In this document: piece after piece, positions 9,506 to 19,375 of the stretch
Layout: each line of letters begins with the position of its first letter
How positions within the stretch are numbered: position 1 is the first letter of the stretch
From: Candidatus Levyibacteriota bacterium
Lineage (GTDB): Bacteria > Patescibacteriota > Microgenomatia > Levybacterales > UBA12049
Assembly (NCBI GenBank): GCA_052034235.1
Contig: JBPOIT010000005.1
Span: 113,698-177,697, forward strand
Length of the DNA: 64,000 nucleotides
Reading direction: 5' to 3'
Notes under the pieces: model-generated
The model's database searches: none
The model's input: the letters and a program-made list of their open reading frames with translations, nothing else
What the model was told of the DNA's origin: nothing
Translations under genes and position numbers: made by a program

Positions 9506-10498
9506 TTAGCCTCGTAGGATGAGAAAGGTAAGATAGATACAATAGCCTGAGAACATCAGTATTCCTTTGGTGCGGGTAATGCAGTGTTTTTTGTAGACAA
9601 AAAGAGAAAGAAAGAGTACCAGTGTCGCAGCAAATAAGACAAGAATATCAACGAGCTCTTTGCCGCTCATCGGGATATCTTTAATAAGAGCTGTCACACC
9701 CAATATAAAAAAGATATTAAAAATATTCGAACCAACAATATTACCAACTGCCAATTCAACTTGCTTTTTAACAGCAGCGGCAATACTCGTAACAAGTTCT
9801 GGCAGACTTGTCCCAATCGCAACAACAGTCAATCCAATAAAAGTATCACTTACACCCAAACTCCTCGCGATAATAACTGCGTTATCTACAAATAATTTAC
9901 TTCCTACAACCAAACCGGCAACGCCTGCAATAATTAAAATCAACGTAATGTTCGTTGATCGTTTTTTTATTTCAGGCTCTTCCGAAGTGCTTTTTGAGAT
10001 ACCAAACGTATAATAAAGAAAAATGACAAAAAATAATAATAAAATGAGACCATTACTGAACGATAGTGTTCCGATTGTTTCTGGAGAAGTTAATGAGATA
10101 GATGAATAATGATGATTGTCCAGAATAAGCTGCATACCCAGGATAGTCATAACAACCGCCCCGAGAAAGGACATAGGAATTTCTTTCAGTACAGTGTTTT
10201 TCTGGACGGTGACAGGTGTTATCATCGCAGTTATGCCAAGTATCAAAAGAATATTGGCAATATTTGAACCTACGATGTTACCAAAAGCAACGCCTGTGTT
10301 CCCTGATAAAGCACTGGTGACGGACACAACGAGTTCAGGGGATGAGGTACCAAAAGCAACAACGGTTAAACCAATGACAATAGGGGAAATTTTAAATCGT
10401 AGAGCTAAAGAAGATGAACCGTCTACAAATAAGTTTGCTGATTTAATGAGTAGAAAAAGTCCGGCTATCAATAAAATTATAGCTAAAACCACAATCAT
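9506..10498 (-). CDS. Ca2+/Na+ antiporter (YrbG/CaCA family)
   Basis: Two alpha repeats GTSSPEL...GNIVGSNIAN and GTSLPEL...GNIVGSNIFN. Confidence 0.93.
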   Translation of the reverse strand: MIVVLAIILLIAGLFLLIKSANLFVDGSSSLALRFKISPIVIGLTVVAFGTSSPELVVSVTSALSGNTGVAFGNIVGSNIANILLILGITAMITPVTVQKNTVLKEIPMSFLGAVVMTILGMQLILDNHHYSSISLTSPETIGTLSFSNGLILLLFFVIFLYYTFGISKSTSEEPEIKKRSTNITLILIIAGVAGLVVGSKLFVDNAVIIARSLGVSDTFIGLTVVAIGTSLPELVTSIAAAVKKQVELAVGNIVGSNIFNIFFILGVTALIKDIPMSGKELVDILVLFAATLVLFLSLFVYKKHCITRTKGILMFSGYCIYLTFLILRG

Positions 10499-10628
10499 AT
10501 TATACGATATCATTCGGGGTGAAGACAATGTATTTTTGTTCTATAACCAATTTATTGAAATCGATTCGATTAAAGGCCTAATAAGCGCTTCTTGAAAAGC
10601 TATTGACGACATGGTATAATATCCTATA

Positions 10629-11798
10629 ATGTTATTACTCCAATTACATATCGTCAATCGATACTTTTTCCCAGTTCATGCTGGGATTGAAACGACATTG
10701 TTGCAGCTTCTTCGGCATTTTGATCCGAAAAAATATGCTGTAACCATGCACGCGTCAGCAAGTACACTTTCTGAAAAAAATATCCTCCCTTTAGAAGCTA
10801 AAAAAGAACATATTTTTATAAAAAGATACAAAACGATTAAAGGGTTTTTCATTCCTCATCTTCCTTATAAAGATATGGACGCGTTATTCCTTACCAATTT
10901 TACTCTCGTGCCACATATATTTATTCTTTGTTCTACTGCTATTCTTAAGTTACTAAACATGAAGAATTTTAATATAGTTTATTTTCCGTGCGGAGGTTTT
11001 ACACCTGATTGGAAAACGTTCTCTCTTCCAAAACGTTTTATCAAACAAACTATTCATATAATTTTGGGTCGAAGACTCATTAATTATGTTGCTGACAGCG
11101 TTATTGCAATTTCGAAATGGGAAAAGGACGAATTGATAAAAAATCGTATTGATCCGAAACTTATCCATGTTATTCCATTAGGCGTAGAAGATGAAGCATT
11201 TTTGCCAGTTAAAACAGATATAATTTCAAACGAAATTAAAGTTATGGTAAAAAAAGCAAAACCCTACGTGATACAGGTTTCCAGAATTCATCGCATCAAA
11301 AACATAGATACAACAATTCGCACCCTTGCCCTTATGGAAAATCCATTTACATACATAATCGCTGGTGGTATTGAAGACAAAACATACTTTGAAGAATTAC
11401 AAACGCTGGTCAAAGAAAAGAAGCTTACTCATAAAGTTATCTTTGCAGGAAGAATTTCTTCGGAAGATAAATATTATTTGATTGATCATAGCGTTGGAAT
11501 GATCCATCTGTCTCATAATGAATCGTTTGGGCTGTCTGTTTATGAAGGAATGAGTCGTGGAAAAATATGTATTGCTGCGAATAATTCTGCTTTGCCAGAG
11601 GCCGTAGTTAATGATAAGAATGGCTATCTCATAGAAACCCAGGATGCAAAACGTCTTGCAAACAAACTCACATATATACAAACTGAAAAAGGAAAACAGG
11701 CTATAAAAAGAATGGAAACAAATAATAAAACTGAGATGAAAAAGTATCGCTGGAATAACGTTGCAACAAATTTCCAAAAATTACTTAACGATAATTAA
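10629..11798 (+). CDS. Glycosyltransferase family 4
   Basis: AGIET N-terminal motif, SRIHRIKN, ESFGLSVYEGM. Confidence 0.88.
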   Translation: MLLLQLHIVNRYFFPVHAGIETTLLQLLRHFDPKKYAVTMHASASTLSEKNILPLEAKKEHIFIKRYKTIKGFFIPHLPYKDMDALFLTNFTLVPHIFILCSTAILKLLNMKNFNIVYFPCGGFTPDWKTFSLPKRFIKQTIHIILGRRLINYVADSVIAISKWEKDELIKNRIDPKLIHVIPLGVEDEAFLPVKTDIISNEIKVMVKKAKPYVIQVSRIHRIKNIDTTIRTLALMENPFTYIIAGGIEDKTYFEELQTLVKEKKLTHKVIFAGRISSEDKYYLIDHSVGMIHLSHNESFGLSVYEGMSRGKICIAANNSALPEAVVNDKNGYLIETQDAKRLANKLTYIQTEKGKQAIKRMETNNKTEMKKYRWNNVATNFQKLLNDN

Positions 11799-11841
11799 TA
11801 CTGCAATCTCATTAGACCCATATCTAAATATCTGCTAAAAT

Positions 11842-12393
11842 ATGCGTATGTCTGCATTTAGTTTTGAAACAAAACTCTTTAAAATCAAAGATTGGACCAT
11901 CCTCAGATTACCAGAAGATGCTTCAGCAAAACTTCCATCAAGAGGTATGACTATGGTTTCAGGAACATTCAATGGTGTTCGCTTCAAAACATTACTTGAA
12001 CCGGATGGAACGTATGGACCGGGACTAAAACCAAGTCACTGGTTTAGACCTGACCAAAAATTGCTTGTTGACGCTAAAGCACAATTAGGTGATAAAGTCC
12101 AACTTTCGCTTGAACCAACAAAAGAATGGATAGAGCCGGAAGTGCCTGAGGATTTAAAAAAAGCACTGTCTACTTCTCCCAAAGCACATGCTTTATGGAA
12201 AGATATCACTCCAATGGCTCGCTGGGATTGGATTCGCTGGATACGAGCAGTCAAAACCGAAGAAACCCGTCTAAAACATATAGAAGTTGCTCTTGATAAA
12301 CTCAATAAAGGAATGCGACGCCCCTGCTGCTTCAACCGCAATCTCTGCAGCGAACCATATGTCTCCCACAACTGGGTACTCATCGACCCATAA
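11842..12393 (+). CDS. DUF1905 + YdeI/OmpD-associated domain protein
   Basis: LPSRGMTMVSGT, EPEVPEDL, WIRAVKTEETR, RRPCCF. Confidence 0.8.
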   Translation: MRMSAFSFETKLFKIKDWTILRLPEDASAKLPSRGMTMVSGTFNGVRFKTLLEPDGTYGPGLKPSHWFRPDQKLLVDAKAQLGDKVQLSLEPTKEWIEPEVPEDLKKALSTSPKAHALWKDITPMARWDWIRWIRAVKTEETRLKHIEVALDKLNKGMRRPCCFNRNLCSEPYVSHNWVLIDP

Positions 12394-12466
12394 CAAGAAG
12401 AAAGAGCTTGCAATTTTCTAAAATAGTTATACAATAGCAATCAGTATATAAATATCTACTAAGTAT

Positions 12467-13024
12467 ATGGCAAGAGCAGAGCGCGAACGTATACAACCAA
12501 ACTATGAGCCTACTGAACAAGATCAGGCAGATATATATCGCGGACTTATCGTTCATGCAAGACGGAGAGGAGGCTTATTAGCACCAGATGGAAGATTCGT
12601 TGCAGGAGATGTTCTTGTAGATACTTCAAATGGAACAAGAATAGAATTTTCCTCACCTAATCTAGGCCTAGACCAGCATGTTGTTTTTGACACTAGCGAT
12701 CCAGCGCAAGATCAACCTACTCCTGGTCAGCTTGGGTTACTGGACGTAGCCCCACAAGACTTGGAAGCTTATAGGAGTGCAGCAATCGCCATTCCTCAAC
12801 CAAAGTATCCAAGCAGAGGTTCATTCAGCCAATTATCACCTGACCTGCAACCGTTTAGGGCTCAACAACTTGAAAGGGTAGCAGAAATGTCAGCGCATGC
12901 ATATCCAGGAGGAGGTTCTTTTGTGGCTTTATTAGGACATATGATGCTTGAAACGGGTTTAACTGCTTTGACAAACGCTTGGGGAAATGTCAAAAAGCAT
13001 GTAGCAGACGCAATTAAATCGTAA
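12467..13024 (+). CDS. Hypothetical protein
   Basis: 185-aa ORF filling the gap, no recognised motif. Confidence 0.55.
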   Translation: MARAERERIQPNYEPTEQDQADIYRGLIVHARRRGGLLAPDGRFVAGDVLVDTSNGTRIEFSSPNLGLDQHVVFDTSDPAQDQPTPGQLGLLDVAPQDLEAYRSAAIAIPQPKYPSRGSFSQLSPDLQPFRAQQLERVAEMSAHAYPGGGSFVALLGHMMLETGLTALTNAWGNVKKHVADAIKS

Positions 13025-13080
13025 AAGAATCTTAATAAAACCTCTTGACAAATAAACGCCCGAACACTACACTACAGGCC

Positions 13081-13797
13081 ATGTCAGAAAGAAGACCCAT
13101 AATATATTCCGACAATGAGTTAGAAAAAATACTTTACAAGTCTTCTGAGGCTGCAAAAGCAAACGCGGGTGTTCTTTGGTGGGAAGGTGATCATGAGGAT
13201 GCAACGAAGAACAATAAGATGATACCTTTTTTTAATAGAAACCTAGACCGATCAAGAGGTGATGTCTTACTTGTGGAAGGTTATCCTTACGGAGTCCCAA
13301 TTGAGGGAGTCTTTGAACCACAAGTCGACGCTTTCGGATTTGAAATAAATCCTGTCCTGCTTGTCTTGAATAAAGCATTAGATGAATTGGCCCAAGACGC
13401 TGCACGAAGAGTAGTAAAATTAGAAACGAGTGATGAGGAATATGCTGATTTCCATGCAAGGTTTAGGGACTCATATGTTAATCGAACAAAATATTCTCTT
13501 GTTCCTGCTATGAATAATGTTTGGGAATCGTATCCTGATGCACGTAATGGAGTAGTATTTGGCTTAGCTCATGTTTTTTCTGACAACTCGATGACAGAGT
13601 TTTTGCCGCGAGAAGAACAGATAATTGTCAGAGAGCATAAGCTGGTATCCGGAGTGGAATCTTTCCTTGCCCCAACCATGATTGATCATGGTGGATTTGT
13701 GATACTTGGCGATAGGTTTGATTTTGGTCCATTGAAACACGCTATTCCTCAACCTCCACCCCCACCACGCCCTGTTCGTAGAAGATGGGTTTTATAA
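13081..13797 (+). CDS. Hypothetical protein, possible EreA/ChaN/TIKI-like fold
   Basis: TTGACA-17-TACACT promoter 7 nt before ATG 13081; motifs EGDH, LLVEG, VVFGLAH; Pro/Arg-rich tail. Confidence 0.55.
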   Translation: MSERRPIIYSDNELEKILYKSSEAAKANAGVLWWEGDHEDATKNNKMIPFFNRNLDRSRGDVLLVEGYPYGVPIEGVFEPQVDAFGFEINPVLLVLNKALDELAQDAARRVVKLETSDEEYADFHARFRDSYVNRTKYSLVPAMNNVWESYPDARNGVVFGLAHVFSDNSMTEFLPREEQIIVREHKLVSGVESFLAPTMIDHGGFVILGDRFDFGPLKHAIPQPPPPPRPVRRRWVL

Positions 13798-13826
13798 ATA
13801 TGACACTATTTTGCTATAATTTAGTT

Positions 13827-14216
13827 ATGTCATCTGACATTCACGCATACAACGATACATTACAACCACAAGACAAAGAAATTTGTGAAGTCTTAAAAAA
13901 AGAGCTTGATGAACATTTGCCACAGTCTGAAAGTAAGATATGGCATGGTCATCCAGTTTGGTTTCTTGAAGGAAATCCTATCGTTGGATACGCGAAAAGA
14001 AAAAATGATGTTCAGCTGCTCTTTTGGAGCGGACAATCCTTTGACGAGCCTGGCTTGGAAATCGAAGGCACATTTAAAGCAGCACAAGTCAGATATACAG
14101 ATGCAAGCGAAATTACTGTGACAGATCTACGTCGCTGGCTTAAAAAAGCAACAGAAATCCAGTGGGATTATAAAAACATTGTAAAACGCAAAGGCGTCCT
14201 CGAAAGATTAAAGTAG
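13827..14216 (+). CDS. DUF1801 (YdhG-like) protein
   Basis: KIWHGHPVWFLEGNPIVGY, LLFWSGQSFDEPGL, WDYKNIVKRKG. Confidence 0.88.
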   Translation: MSSDIHAYNDTLQPQDKEICEVLKKELDEHLPQSESKIWHGHPVWFLEGNPIVGYAKRKNDVQLLFWSGQSFDEPGLEIEGTFKAAQVRYTDASEITVTDLRRWLKKATEIQWDYKNIVKRKGVLERLK

Positions 14217-14224
14217 AAAACATC

Positions 14225-14263
14225 TTGACATACACGGAAAATGTATCCACAATGTAATTACAT
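14225..14263 (+). promoter_or_regulatory. mazEF promoter with palindromic operator
   Basis: TTGACA 14225-14230, 17 bp, CACAAT; perfect palindrome ATGTAATTACAT 14252-14263 abutting ATG. Confidence 0.7.
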
Positions 14264-14503
14264 ATGATAACCACAATTATATCGATAGGTAATTCCCGAG
14301 GTATTCGTATACCCAAAGTATTGCTTGAAGAAAGTGGACTTGAAAATGAAGTTGAATTAGAAGTAAAAAAAGGTGAAATAAGAATTATTCAGGCAAAACC
14401 AAAAACTATAAAAGGTAATGATGCGCTACTGTTGTCAGAGAAATCGCTCGAAGCTGATTGGAGTAAACCAGAAGAGGATGAAGCATGGAAAAGTTTACAA
14501 TAG
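14264..14503 (+). CDS. AbrB/MazE-family antitoxin
   Basis: IGNSRGIRIPK; acidic W-containing tail WSKPEEDEAW. Confidence 0.88.
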   Translation: MITTIISIGNSRGIRIPKVLLEESGLENEVELEVKKGEIRIIQAKPKTIKGNDALLLSEKSLEADWSKPEEDEAWKSLQ

Positions 14504-14820
14504 GTAGCATCGTACTAGTAGCATTTCCCTTTTCCAACCTAAAAGGAAAAAAACTCCGCCCTGCTCTTATTTTGGCACATGTTGAGTTTGATAATCTCAT
14601 TCTCTGTCAAATCACCTCAAAACCATATTCCAGTAAAACTGCAATCAAAATTTTACCCGAAGATTTCGAAGAAAAGAGCTTGCCTGTTGTGAGCTATGTA
14701 AGACCTGACAAACTATTTACTGCTGATTCGTCAATTATTGAACGAATCGTTGGAAGACTAGGAGGCAAAGCTCGAAAAACAATTTTACATAAAGTCAGCA
14801 CATTGTTTACTGCCATATAA
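14485..14820 (+). CDS. PemK/MazF-family toxin
   Basis: GSIVLVAFPFSNLKGKKLRPALIL, CQITS; overlaps antitoxin end. Confidence 0.9.
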   Translation: MEKFTIGSIVLVAFPFSNLKGKKLRPALILAHVEFDNLILCQITSKPYSSKTAIKILPEDFEEKSLPVVSYVRPDKLFTADSSIIERIVGRLGGKARKTILHKVSTLFTAI

Positions 14821-14828
14821 TAACTCGT

Positions 14829-15362
14829 ATGATAAATTCTGAAGAATTATTATTTATTGTTGATGAACATAATAAACCACTCGAACCACAAGTAAGGAGC
14901 TTTGCTCACAAAAATGGACTTTGGCACAGAACAACGGGTATTTGGGTCATAAATAGAAAAAAACAAATACTCTGTCAAAAACGTTCTCTCAAAAAAGATA
15001 TTAAACCTGGTTTTTGGGAAGCTTTTTTTGGTGGACATCTCGCACCGAATGAAGACTACAAAGAGAGCGCCAAAAAAGAAAGTACGGAAGAGCTGGGAGT
15101 GATAATAAAAGAAGAACAATTAATCCCCTATCAGATTATGAGCAGTAATAAGCTCACTCATAAAGAATTTCAGCATATCTTTGCTCTCGTTTTAGACAAA
15201 GACATTTCCGAACTACATTTTGAAAAGGAAGAAATTGACGAACTTGAATGGATCGATCTTAAAGAAGTACGAAAAATTTTAGCGGATGACAAAGTCGAAA
15301 ATTGGGTAAAAAAACCTTGGGATAAAGAAGTACTTACTTGGCTAGCAATGCAAGTTCGATAA
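14829..15362 (+). CDS. NUDIX hydrolase (IDI-like)
   Basis: HKNGLWHR, QKRS, GGHLAPNEDYKESAKKESTEELG Nudix box. Confidence 0.87.
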   Translation: MINSEELLFIVDEHNKPLEPQVRSFAHKNGLWHRTTGIWVINRKKQILCQKRSLKKDIKPGFWEAFFGGHLAPNEDYKESAKKESTEELGVIIKEEQLIPYQIMSSNKLTHKEFQHIFALVLDKDISELHFEKEEIDELEWIDLKEVRKILADDKVENWVKKPWDKEVLTWLAMQVR

Positions 15363-15396
15363 AACCAAATTAGTAGCAGCGTGTTATAATCTTTTC

Positions 15397-16098
15397 ATGA
15401 ACGACTCCATTCGTTTTCCCCTTTTTGATATCGACGGCACACTTGTCACGGGTGGAAATAAGGTGCATCATGAGGCGTTTGATTTTGCGCTTGAGACAAT
15501 TTACGACCTTCCTGATGCGTCACATGATGAAATCGATATCCGTGGAATGATTGATAGTCAAATACTTGTAGAAATAACCAAACTTCACGGTATAACAGAA
15601 GAGGACGCAAAACAAAAACTTCCCCAAGCAATGAAAGCGATGGTACATTATTTCGAGCGCCATAAAGAAACTGGTAATCATCTCCTACTTGAAGGCGTTG
15701 TCGATTTACTGCAAACACTCGCAGGTAAACATATTCCAATTGGACTTCTGACAGGAAATGTTGAGGAAATTGGTTGGGGGAAAATGGAACTTGCAGGGAT
15801 CAGGAAGTACTTTTCATTTGGTGCTTTTGGAAATGAAGCACTTAAGCGAGCTGAACTGATACCTGTTGCTCATAAAAAACTTGAAATACTTTTACAAAAG
15901 AAAATCCCACTCAAACAATTAGTAATTATCGGTGACACTCCTCTTGATATTGCATGTGCAAAAGCTGGCGGAATTGATATTATTGCAGTTGCAACAGGTA
16001 AATTTTCAAAAGAAGAATTAGCCAACTTAGAACCAAATCTCGTGATTGATTCATTAAACAAAAAAGGGGAAATCATGAAATTTCTGGACATTGAGTGA
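15397..16098 (+). CDS. HAD-family hydrolase
   Basis: FDIDGTL, LTGN, IGDTPLD. Confidence 0.9.
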   Translation: MNDSIRFPLFDIDGTLVTGGNKVHHEAFDFALETIYDLPDASHDEIDIRGMIDSQILVEITKLHGITEEDAKQKLPQAMKAMVHYFERHKETGNHLLLEGVVDLLQTLAGKHIPIGLLTGNVEEIGWGKMELAGIRKYFSFGAFGNEALKRAELIPVAHKKLEILLQKKIPLKQLVIIGDTPLDIACAKAGGIDIIAVATGKFSKEELANLEPNLVIDSLNKKGEIMKFLDIE

Positions 16099-16131
16099 TA
16101 TACTATATCCTCAGAAAGCGGGGTGATAATT

Positions 16132-16425
16132 ATGGCAGAAGTTAAAAAAATAGCTTCAAAGACAAAGAGTACATCTGACAGCTCAGATACTAAAAAGGAA
16201 GAGACATTTAAAGTTGATGGAGAACAATTGCTGAAAAAAGTAAAAGAACTCATCAAAGAAGGTAATGTCAGAAAAATTACGATAAAAGATAAAAGCGGCA
16301 AACCGCTTATCGTATTTCCACTCACCATTGGTGTCGTTGGAGTAGCATTTGCACCGGTACTCGCAGCAATTGGAGCAATAGCAGCTCTTATCGGAGAATG
16401 TACAATTACTGTTGAACGGAAGTAA
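16132..16425 (+). CDS. DUF4342 protein
   Basis: KVKELIKEGNVRKI...PLTIGVVG...CTITVER. Confidence 0.85.
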   Translation: MAEVKKIASKTKSTSDSSDTKKEETFKVDGEQLLKKVKELIKEGNVRKITIKDKSGKPLIVFPLTIGVVGVAFAPVLAAIGAIAALIGECTITVERK

Positions 16426-17149
16426 GCTTTTTCATAATTTGCTTTTTTAGTGTTACAAATTTACTGCTCGTTAAAAAATCAGCCGATCGAGGTTTTTTGA
16501 TCGGCACATGTATTTCTGCAATTATTTTTGCAGGCCTGAGTGAAAGAATATAAATTCTATCAGATAAAAAAATTGCTTCATCAATATCATGAGTGACAAA
16601 GAGTACAGCCTTTTTTTGCTTTTGCAAAGTCTTTAAAAACCATAGCTGCATCTTAAGACGAGTTAGAGCGTCTAATTTACTAAACGGCTCATCAAGTAAT
16701 AGTAACTCTTTTTTGCATAAGTACGTTCTAAGCAGTGCCGCACGCTCACGCATACCCCCTGAAAGCATAAAGGGATAATACTTGGCAAATGTTTCCAAAC
16801 CAAAATCTTTTAAATAACCATCAGCTTCATTTCTCGCTTCAGCCTTTTTCATACCTGAAATTTCAAGTGGTAGTATGACATTATCGATAATGCTTCGCCA
16901 CGGAAACATGACATCATCTTGAAACATATATGCAGAGCCGCCTTTAATGCTTATTTCTCCACTGTCATATTCAGTAATATCTGCGATGCAATCAAGAAGA
17001 GTACTTTTCCCACAACCACTTGGTCCAATGATACTCACAAGTTCTCCTGCTTCAACTGTCAAAGAAATGTCATCAAGTACTTTAAGTTTTGAATCTTGAA
17101 ACGACTTTGAAAGATTTTTTACGATAAGTTTTTGTTTAGAGGAATTCAT
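16406..17149 (-). CDS. ABC transporter ATPase (ThiZ/SsuB-like)
   Basis: GPSGCGKS, LSGGMRER, LLLDEPF, VTHD. Confidence 0.92.
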   Translation of the reverse strand: MNSSKQKLIVKNLSKSFQDSKLKVLDDISLTVEAGELVSIIGPSGCGKSTLLDCIADITEYDSGEISIKGGSAYMFQDDVMFPWRSIIDNVILPLEISGMKKAEARNEADGYLKDFGLETFAKYYPFMLSGGMRERAALLRTYLCKKELLLLDEPFSKLDALTRLKMQLWFLKTLQKQKKAVLFVTHDIDEAIFLSDRIYILSLRPAKIIAEIHVPIKKPRSADFLTSSKFVTLKKQIMKKLTSVQQ

Positions 17150-18122
17150 TTGTGTATGCCTTCTGTGAATCTAATGGTTTTTCGATTTGTTTATGCTCAA
17201 AGAGCCAATCTGTATATCGTTTCCACACGTCTGCTTTTTGAACACCCCATTTGGATGCATCCTCGATATATTTTTTGCTCACCCATATTTGTGATTGTTT
17301 CACTAAATCTTTGTTTAATTCGGGAGCATTTTTCAGAAGTATTTCAGCCGAAGCTTCAGGATTTTTTGCAGCATAGGTATAACCTTCGGCAGTTGCTTTT
17401 ATAAATTTACTAATTAATTCCTTGTCAGTAGTTATATGTTTTTCATTGGTGATTAAGACAGGGGTGTAATAATCAAGTATTGGACTCAAATCTTTAAGCA
17501 TAATAATATTGAGCTCCTTCCCCCGGCGTTGAGCCTCAATTCCATCCCATCCATAAAAGATCCATTGAAAATCACTATCCCTACCTATTGTCGTAAAGAA
17601 ATCAGTTGTACCAATCGTAATTTGTGTTACCTTTTTATAATCAGCTCCAGCATCAGACATAACAGACTCTATAACCGCCTTTTCAATCGGAGATCCCCAT
17701 CCACCATACCGTTTATTTTCAAAATCATTTACGGTTTCAATGCCAGATTCTTTAAGTGATGCAAAAGCTGAAGTGTTATGCTGCAAAATAGCCGCTAGAG
17801 AAACGAGAGGCACGCCTTGTGCTCTTGCTAATGTCACAGCTTCCTGACTACTGATGCCAATATCGACCTTACCGCTCGCGACAATTTTTCCGCTGTCACC
17901 CTCTCCAGGCTGAATAATTTCAACTTCAAGATTTTGTTTATCATAAAATCCTAAATCGCGAGCTACATAGAGTCCAGTATGATTTGTATTCGGAATCCAA
18001 TCCAAAAGCACTGTTACTTTTTGTTTTTGTGGTAGGGCTGTTTTTTTTGCGACACTATCAACAACAAAGTAAAGCGCTACACCAATAAGAATCATAAGAA
18101 GTAAGATCAAATGTTTTTTCAT
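17136..18122 (-). CDS. NMT1/THI5-like (ThiY-type) substrate-binding protein
   Basis: LDWIPNTNHTGLYVA, DYYTPV; in TPP-riboswitch operon. Confidence 0.9.
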   Translation of the reverse strand: MKKHLILLLMILIGVALYFVVDSVAKKTALPQKQKVTVLLDWIPNTNHTGLYVARDLGFYDKQNLEVEIIQPGEGDSGKIVASGKVDIGISSQEAVTLARAQGVPLVSLAAILQHNTSAFASLKESGIETVNDFENKRYGGWGSPIEKAVIESVMSDAGADYKKVTQITIGTTDFFTTIGRDSDFQWIFYGWDGIEAQRRGKELNIIMLKDLSPILDYYTPVLITNEKHITTDKELISKFIKATAEGYTYAAKNPEASAEILLKNAPELNKDLVKQSQIWVSKKYIEDASKWGVQKADVWKRYTDWLFEHKQIEKPLDSQKAYTNEFL

Positions 18123-18898
18123 AAAGTTCCCTCTCTACCTGCATAAAACCACGGCACGAAACGTCTTGCAGATAGTTCAATAATTCCGACTATGACCAAA
18201 CTGAGTAGTGATATCACAACGATTGATGCAAATACCGCTTCGGTTTGGTACGATTTCGCTGATCGGAGTAGAAAAATCCCAAGCCCTTTTTCTGCCCCCA
18301 ACCATTCACTAACAACAGCTACACCGACGGCATACGCACCGGCAATTTTTAATCCCGAAAAGAAAGAAGGCATACTCGCTGGAAGTTTCACCAGACGAAA
18401 TGTCTGCAGTTTTCCAACTCGCATTGATTTCATAAGTTTTAATAAATTAACATCAACTGATCGAAAACCTTCATACATACTCATACTTATGGGGAAAAAG
18501 CATGCAAGGACAATCACGACTATTTTAGGCAAAACTCCGTATCCCAACCAGATGATAAGAAGCGGCGCTAAAACAATAAATGGAATTGTTTGTGAAACAA
18601 TCAGCAATGGTTTGAAAAGATTTCTGAAAAACGCTGACCATTCCATAAGTATTGCTAATGTAGCACCGACAAGGATGGCAATGAATAATCCTAGTAATGT
18701 TTCACTTATGGTTTGGATTGTATGTATATAAATTAGCTCGCGAGAGGTCCATAAGGAATTCGCGATGAGGCTTGGTGCTGGAAATAACCATTTTTCAATC
18801 GATAAAGCGCTGACTCCAATTTCCCATACTGCTAAAAACATAAGTAGCGCAATACTGGGTGTGATGATGGAAAGTAACAATGAAGATTTGACTTTCAT
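18119..18898 (-). CDS. ABC permease (ThiX/SsuC-like)
   Basis: QTIPFIVLAPLLIIWLG, EWLGAEKGLG. Confidence 0.9.
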   Translation of the reverse strand: MKVKSSLLLSIITPSIALLMFLAVWEIGVSALSIEKWLFPAPSLIANSLWTSRELIYIHTIQTISETLLGLFIAILVGATLAILMEWSAFFRNLFKPLLIVSQTIPFIVLAPLLIIWLGYGVLPKIVVIVLACFFPISMSMYEGFRSVDVNLLKLMKSMRVGKLQTFRLVKLPASMPSFFSGLKIAGAYAVGVAVVSEWLGAEKGLGIFLLRSAKSYQTEAVFASIVVISLLSLVIVGIIELSARRFVPWFYAGREGTL

Positions 18899-18900
18899 AT

Positions 18901-19203
18901 TTAAGATCTGTGCTTAGTGACTTTTTCTTCAATCGACATTACACCTTTTGGACTATATAAAATTTTTACATTTGAGAAAACACCAGCTGCTCCTTTTTTT
19001 ATACAAATATCCTGTGCTTTTCTAAGGATTCCAAAAAGTGTATCTAAATCTCCTTCCATTGTTGTTTCCATTGGTCCAACTTCATAACGCACACCTGATT
19101 TTTTTATAAGTGAGATTACTTCATCAATAATTGCTATTGTTTGTTTTTGAGACGGAGCATCAGGTAAAACTTGAAATGCGATAGTTGCAGTTGGTTTTTT
19201 CAT
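18901..19203 (-). CDS. Thiamine-binding protein (YkoF/MTH1187 family)
   Basis: SGVRYEVGPMETTMEGD; first gene after TPP riboswitch. Confidence 0.87.
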   Translation of the reverse strand: MKKPTATIAFQVLPDAPSQKQTIAIIDEVISLIKKSGVRYEVGPMETTMEGDLDTLFGILRKAQDICIKKGAAGVFSNVKILYSPKGVMSIEEKVTKHRS

Positions 19204-19235
19204 AAAAAAAGCGATTTCCGGAGTATGGAAATCGC
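19204..19235 (-). terminator. Riboswitch expression-platform terminator
   Basis: Minus strand GCGATTTCC-ATACTCC-GGAAATCGC-TTTTTTT immediately followed by ATG. Confidence 0.85.
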
Positions 19236-19246
19236 CAAAAAAATGC

Positions 19247-19335
19247 TTTTCCCTACGCCGGTATTATCCGATCAGGTTCAATGGGTCAATCACTTTAGTG
19301 ATACTCTCAGCCCGTCCCACGAGCCCCCCGTTATG
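19247..19335 (-). ncRNA. TPP riboswitch aptamer
   Basis: Minus strand GGGG...GGGCTGAGA...GACCCATTGAACCTGATCGGATAATACCGGCGTAGGGAA matches THI-box consensus; upstream of thiamine ABC operon. Confidence 0.95.
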
Positions 19336-19375
19336 ATGTATACTATACGCACTAAACTCATATCTGTCAATAACT

